A stretch of 64,000 nucleotides of DNA from Eledone cirrhosa. Lineage: Eukaryota. Below, one piece after another: positions 54,695-64,000 of the stretch; within the stretch, counting starts at the first letter, position 1, and the number at the start of each line of letters is the position of its first letter. A model generated the notes under the pieces. That model worked only from the letters and a program-made list of their open reading frames with translations, did no database searches and was not told where the DNA came from. The DNA lies in NCBI GenBank assembly GCA_964016885.1, contig CAXHJY010000830.1:196844-260843 (forward strand), read 5' to 3'. The position numbers and the translations under genes are program-made.

Positions 54695-55180
54695 TTTTTT
54701 TTTTTTTTACCTGTTTCAGCCATCCGGCTGAGGCCATGCTGGGGCACCGCCCTTGTTGCTACACATTTTATCTCCAGCCTGTATAGGTTGGCCACTTGTG
54801 TAGGAGGGAGTTTGTTGCTGCTGCCCTTAGTTTTCCCTCGTGTCTTGCTGTGGGCTCATCCGGGATCCTGGATAACAAGGTGTCAAGATGTTTCTTAAAG
54901 ACATCCACCTCCACGTCATGCAAGTCTCTCGGATGCCTCAGCAGCCTGTTGAAGAGTTGAGGGCCCTTGAATCCCAGGCTATTGCAATACCTGCTCCTTA
55001 TTCTAGATGTGGAAGACGGGACCTTTGGCACCACACAGTGACGTCCTGTTCGACGGTTGGTCCAGCTCACAATACCAAAGTTTGGTGCTAGTCCCTCCAG
55101 GATTTTCCACATGTAGATCACTGCGTATCTCTCCAGTCTTCGCTCCAAGGAGTAGAGGTTCAGTTCCTTTAGCTTTCTCC

Positions 55181-55181
<1 letters not shown>
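54695..55181 (-). mobile_element. 3' end of a second CR1/L2-group LINE with poly(A) tail
   Basis: [19 protein letters not shown]...GPQLFN...[16 protein letters not shown]...RAAATNSLL; 3' end ggcggtgccccagcatggcctcagccggatggctgaaacaggt followed by an A run. Confidence 0.85.
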
Positions 55182-57682
<2,501 letters not shown>

Positions 57683-58258
57683 AATAACTACAAATTGATC
57701 AACATATATATAATTAAATAAATATAAACATGAATAATCACAGGAGATAATTTTTACAAGCGTGTAACCACGCATGACTAGTAGGTAACAAATAAATAAA
57801 GTTAACTAGAACTTGAAAAATAGATATCTTTTAATGATTAATCTTCCCTGAATATATTTCATTAAAGAAATATATTTCACCAATTAATCAGATGGTAAGT
57901 CACAGAAAGTGGTTATTATTGGATTATCAACAAGGAAGAAAAATATTCAGCAATCCGTGTTTACACTTCGAGTCAAAATCTTTAACTGGCCGCTACCACG
58001 TGTTGTTTATACACATCACAGCGGCTTCGTCTCAGTGGCGTGAATAGGTATTCAACAACTAGAAATAGCAGTCAATTCCCTTCAACAGAGTTAGCTCTAC
58101 AATTAAGGAGCCGTATTTATATATCTATATCCAAAATTAAGATAAATTAAATGAAATCAATCTAAATCGAAATTGTGCGTGTCATACCTTAACGGCGTGC
58201 ACCATATCGCCCGGAAAAAAAGCTCAAAGACTTTGTATGTGCGAGCATTTTATAATAA

Positions 58259-58393
58259 CTATATATATGTATATATATATATATACATATATATATATAC
58301 ATATATATATATATGTATACATACATATATATATATATGTATACATACATATATATATATATGTATACATATATATATATATATATGTATACA

Positions 58394-58448
<55 letters not shown>

Positions 58449-58455
58449 GTATACA

Positions 58456-58491
<36 letters not shown>

Positions 58492-58492
58492 C

Positions 58493-58527
<35 letters not shown>

Positions 58528-58540
58528 CATATATATATAC

Positions 58541-58591
<51 letters not shown>

Positions 58592-58595
58592 TATG

Positions 58596-58660
<65 letters not shown>

Positions 58661-58672
58661 GTATGTATATAT
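58259..58672. repeat. TA-rich microsatellite with both TACA and TGTA variants
   Basis: Direct reading of the sequence. Confidence 0.95.
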
Positions 58673-59280
58673 GTCAGGTCACCAGTTGGTGCTACTGGTA
58701 ACATGTATCCCAGTACAACCTGTCTCATGGTCGGGTCGTTGGCGACTAAACTGGCAACCCCACCAAGGTTTCTTGGTGAGGAGGGTGACTTTGGACATCC
58801 TGCAGGACTAAAAACAAAACCTGTCAAAGGGCAAGGGAGCTCTTAAGACTCAATAGCCATCCAAAATCACCGGGAGAGATGACCCCTTAGCCTTTGTCAA
58901 GGCAGAATTCTAGGAGAAGGAAAACTCTGATATAACACCTGCAACTCTGATGGTATCCAATGATGTTGACTTGTTCTTCTTTTTGGTAAATATCATCTTG
59001 GTTAAGAGAGTGGGACTGGCTTTGTGCAGTGCCTTTGCTCACTATAAAAGCTTCACAGCACAGGCATTGCTTTATATCTGGAGATCTCTCTGCACTTGTC
59101 ATCACATGGTACCATGGGCCCTGCACTATGTGTCAATAATGGTCACAAGTGTAGTCTTTGTACCAGAGTTTTCAAGTCGCTGGCTGGACTAAAAAGTCAC
59201 ATTCGTTCAGCGCATCGGTAGGGGTTCTCCTACATGGATATAAAGTAGTGGCCGTACTCGAAAACGAGTTGGCAGCCACC
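58673..59280 (+). mobile_element. Non-autonomous bipartite RTE derivative (5' UTR fused to ORF end and 3' UTR)
   Basis: RTE 5' UTR-like ctaggagaaggaaaactctga (recognised from memory); terminal C2H2 [25 protein letters not shown] at 59144-59221; 3' hairpin actcg-aaaa-cgagt. Confidence 0.65.
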
Positions 59281-60264
<984 letters not shown>

Positions 60265-60290
60265 ATACATATATATATACATACATATAT

Positions 60291-60723
60291 CGAGATGGAC
60301 AACGAATTACCTCCAGCCTCGGGGTCGCCGACCGCACGGAACCCCTAGACCCATGGACACCATACTTCACACTGAAGGACCATAAATCCGATTTTCACCG
60401 TAAACCCTCTATCAGGCTTATTAACCCAACGAAGTCCGGCATAGGGAGAAACAGCAAAAAAATCCTAGACCGCGTGATACCAAAAGTCAAGCAACACGCC
60501 CGACTTAGCCTATGGATCAACACCCAGGAAGTAATCTCATGGTTCAGCAATATGGAGGATAAACGAGACACCAAATTCATACAGTTCGACATAGAGAGCT
60601 ACTATGCTTCAATCACCTTACCGCTGGGGTCTTACTGGTTCCTATTACCCACTCTACTACCCTAAGTATTGAGTACTTTGGTGCATTATGGTCCACCTGG
60701 TTCCTTACCACATTTCCTTCGTT
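60291..60723 (+). mobile_element. Penelope-like RT fragment fused to the terminal sequence shared with 37990-38086
   Basis: YFTLKDHKSDFHRKPSIRLINPTKSGIG...WINTQEVISWF...[14 protein letters not shown], then gttcctattaccca.tctactaccctaagtattgagtactttggtgcattatggtcca. Confidence 0.8.
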
Positions 60724-60883
60724 ATATACATATATATACATATACATATATATATATATACATATATATATACATATATATATACATATATATATACATA
60801 TATATATATACATATATATATACATATATATATATACATATATATATACATATATATATACATATATATATACATATATATAC

Positions 60884-60918
<35 letters not shown>

Positions 60919-60924
60919 CATATA
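60724..60924. repeat. TA-rich microsatellite
   Basis: Direct reading of the sequence. Confidence 0.95.
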
Positions 60925-62472
60925 TTTACAGGTTTATTCAAAATATTTGGAGCATCAGCTTTTAGGGTAGCTTAATTTTTCATGAGGAATGTTTAAATAA
61001 AAATAAAATAAAAATAAAAAATAAAAAAGAATTAAAAGAAGGAATCAAAGATTTATCGGCTAGTTTCCCATATAAATATAAATCAAACTAAATATACTAC
61101 ATTTTAAATTTAAATTTATATTTAAACGTTGAGTTTAATCTATGTTTGCAACAACTGAATAAATTTGTCCGTAGATTAAGGGAATTTTTAGATTTTAGTA
61201 TAAAGAATATCTCCTCTACGCAGAGGTCACATGTCTCAGAGGATGAATTAAAAGGAATCCCTCTTGAGACTATATTCCAAGCCGTCGAATATCTAACGTT
61301 ATCTAGCTTAAGTTGCCAGAGTACGCCTGATAGTGCCGTTGAAGATTTTTTGCTTGGATCTGTGAAAGAATTCTTGTGGTTATTATAGCGAAGTTTAAAT
61401 TCCGTCGATGTGGAACCGACGTAGTTAAAAGAATTAGAGTCAGTATTAACATTACAATTGTATACTATATTTTTAACTAAGCAGTTGTTATTTAACGGAC
61501 ATTTAGATCTATCTCTACAGTTACATTTGTTAACTTGTATATTATTTATGCTATTATCACTAGGTTTTAAGTTCCTATTATTTATTCTATTAATATTTTG
61601 TGCTAAATTTTTGGTGGATGAGTAGGTTAATTTAATTGTATGCCTATTGAAAATTGAGTGATACCTATGTGTTCTAGGGAAGCGATTATCAAGAGCTTTG
61701 AAAAATAGTTTAGCGATGTGGGTTTTAATGTTTAGTGAGAAGGGGGGGGGGGGGGCAAACCAAATTATGTTCCTAGTTCTATTTCTTTTTTGGCCTTTGG
61801 AATTATTGTAATGCTTTCTATTATAGTTGTTAAGGTTGTTGCCGTAATTAAAAAAGTTGTTACTTTGTTTAGTTTGTCTATCATTATCTATGTACACAAT
61901 CTTATCAGCATATCCTGCTCTAGCTAATGCTTCATTATAGTATTGGGCCTTTTCGTCGAAAATCTTTCTATTCGACGAGATCCTAGAGATACGTTTTTGA
62001 ACAGAGTTTACTATAGTGTTTTTGACAGATCTGGGGTGGTTAGAGTTAAAGTTGACATAGTTTAAGTTTTCATTCAACTTGTGAAAAGGATAGTGGAGAC
62101 ATGTGTTGAGATTTAATGTTATATCTAGGAAATTGACTATTCTATGGTTGTTCTCAATTTCTATTTTAAGATTAAAGTAATTAAAAAATTTTGTAATTTG
62201 TTTACATTTTCTATTTAGTTCAGGGTTATTATTATTAATAAGTAAAAGCATGTCATCTCTATATAAACCTCCGGTAGTACCAGGTATTTTCCTATGTAGC
62301 GAATTGATTAAAAATAAGCCCACAAGGTCAGTTACCTGAGCTGAGTCGGATGATCCCAATGTAGTTTCCATTTATTTAATATTGTAAATATACTCCAAAT
62401 ATTTGTCGAGTGCTTTTATATCAGTTATAAATATTTACTAGTTGTAACCCAACAATTTTAAATATAACTTTC

Positions 62473-62475
<3 letters not shown>
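60925..62475 (-). mobile_element. 5'-truncated Penelope-like element (second family)
   Basis: Open ORF 61097-62371 flanked by short AT-rich ends and TA arrays. Confidence 0.9.
61097..62371 (-). CDS. Penelope-like RT C-terminal part plus GIY-YIG endonuclease
   Basis: GSSDSAQVTDLVGL, GGLYRDD, VNFLDITL, CNCRDRSKCPLNNNC, IVYNCNV...YVGSTSTEFKLRYNNH, CDLCVEE, CKHR. Confidence 0.9.
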   Translation of the reverse strand: METTLGSSDSAQVTDLVGLFLINSLHRKIPGTTGGLYRDDMLLLINNNNPELNRKCKQITKFFNYFNLKIEIENNHRIVNFLDITLNLNTCLHYPFHKLNENLNYVNFNSNHPRSVKNTIVNSVQKRISRISSNRKIFDEKAQYYNEALARAGYADKIVYIDNDRQTKQSNNFFNYGNNLNNYNRKHYNNSKGQKRNRTRNIIWFAPPPPFSLNIKTHIAKLFFKALDNRFPRTHRYHSIFNRHTIKLTYSSTKNLAQNINRINNRNLKPSDNSINNIQVNKCNCRDRSKCPLNNNCLVKNIVYNCNVNTDSNSFNYVGSTSTEFKLRYNNHKNSFTDPSKKSSTALSGVLWQLKLDNVRYSTAWNIVSRGIPFNSSSETCDLCVEEIFFILKSKNSLNLRTNLFSCCKHRLNSTFKYKFKFKM

Positions 62476-63408
<933 letters not shown>

Positions 63409-63411
<3 letters not shown>

Positions 63412-63726
63412 TCATCAACGTTTAACGTCCGTGTTCCACGCTTGCATGGGTTTGGACGGGGGTAGTCCCACTTGAGGCAAGAGTGATTGTCTTGCTCGCA
63501 TAGGACTGTCTGGCAGGTTTTCTACAGTTGGATGCCCTTCCTAAGACCAACCACATTTACAGTGTGGGTCTGGGAGGTTTTTACCGTGTTGCCTACACGG
63601 CCACATTACAGCGTGGACTGTGTGTTTTTTTTGTCGTGACACCTACACGATCTCATTTGTTTCGGCCTGGATGGTGTGGCACCAACACAACTTTACATAG
63701 AACGGGGTGGCGTGGATGGGGTGGGG

Positions 63727-63759
<33 letters not shown>

Positions 63760-64000
63760 TATTTTGTTAGAGATGCCTACTGGCTGTAGTAGGTTTTACT
63801 ATGTATTTAGGTAAGGGGGGTCTTCTCTGTTACTGAGTACCGCCAAAGGTCTCGGTCCAGTGACATCGTCTTGGAGAGGTGTAAGTGTGTGAGGTCAGAG
63901 TTTATCAGCTCGTCCCAGGTTTTTCTAGGTCTGCCTATTCCGTGGCTACCGTCTATCTTTATTGCCCTGCACTTTGTTATACAGCTATCGACTTTCATGC
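63409..64000 (-). mobile_element. RTE family B 3' end (continues beyond the window)
   Basis: Near-identical reverse complement of about 42917-43497; ORF MKVDSCITKCRAIKIDGSHGIGRPRKTW. Confidence 0.93.

Overview
AT-rich eukaryotic non-coding DNA, most likely a very long intron or intergenic stretch of an animal genome. The repeat content and huge TA microsatellites suggest an octopus/cephalopod, which is inference. No host protein-coding exon could be supported. Positions 1-37.8 kb are a graveyard of mostly old transposons: a young 5'-truncated RTE LINE, a decayed CR1/L2-group LINE, an internally deleted mariner, a Tigger/pogo remnant, piggyBac- and hAT-like MITEs, and three SINE families. Positions 37.8-64 kb are a distinct island: about 11 kb of (TA)n/(TACA)n arrays alternate with more than a dozen mostly young retroelement pieces (RTE, CR1/L2-group, Penelope-like GIY-YIG elements), almost all flanked by the arrays. 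Main highlights: four minimal hammerhead ribozymes from three families; a PHD finger inserted inside the RTE reverse transcriptase; a bipartite RTE mini-element with a candidate HDV-like ribozyme; a 128-nt foldback hairpin; two SINE-LINE tail-sharing pairs; strand-biased C variants in the arrays; and a candidate recursive splice site on the minus strand. All long Ile/Tyr-rich ORFs are microsatellite artefacts.
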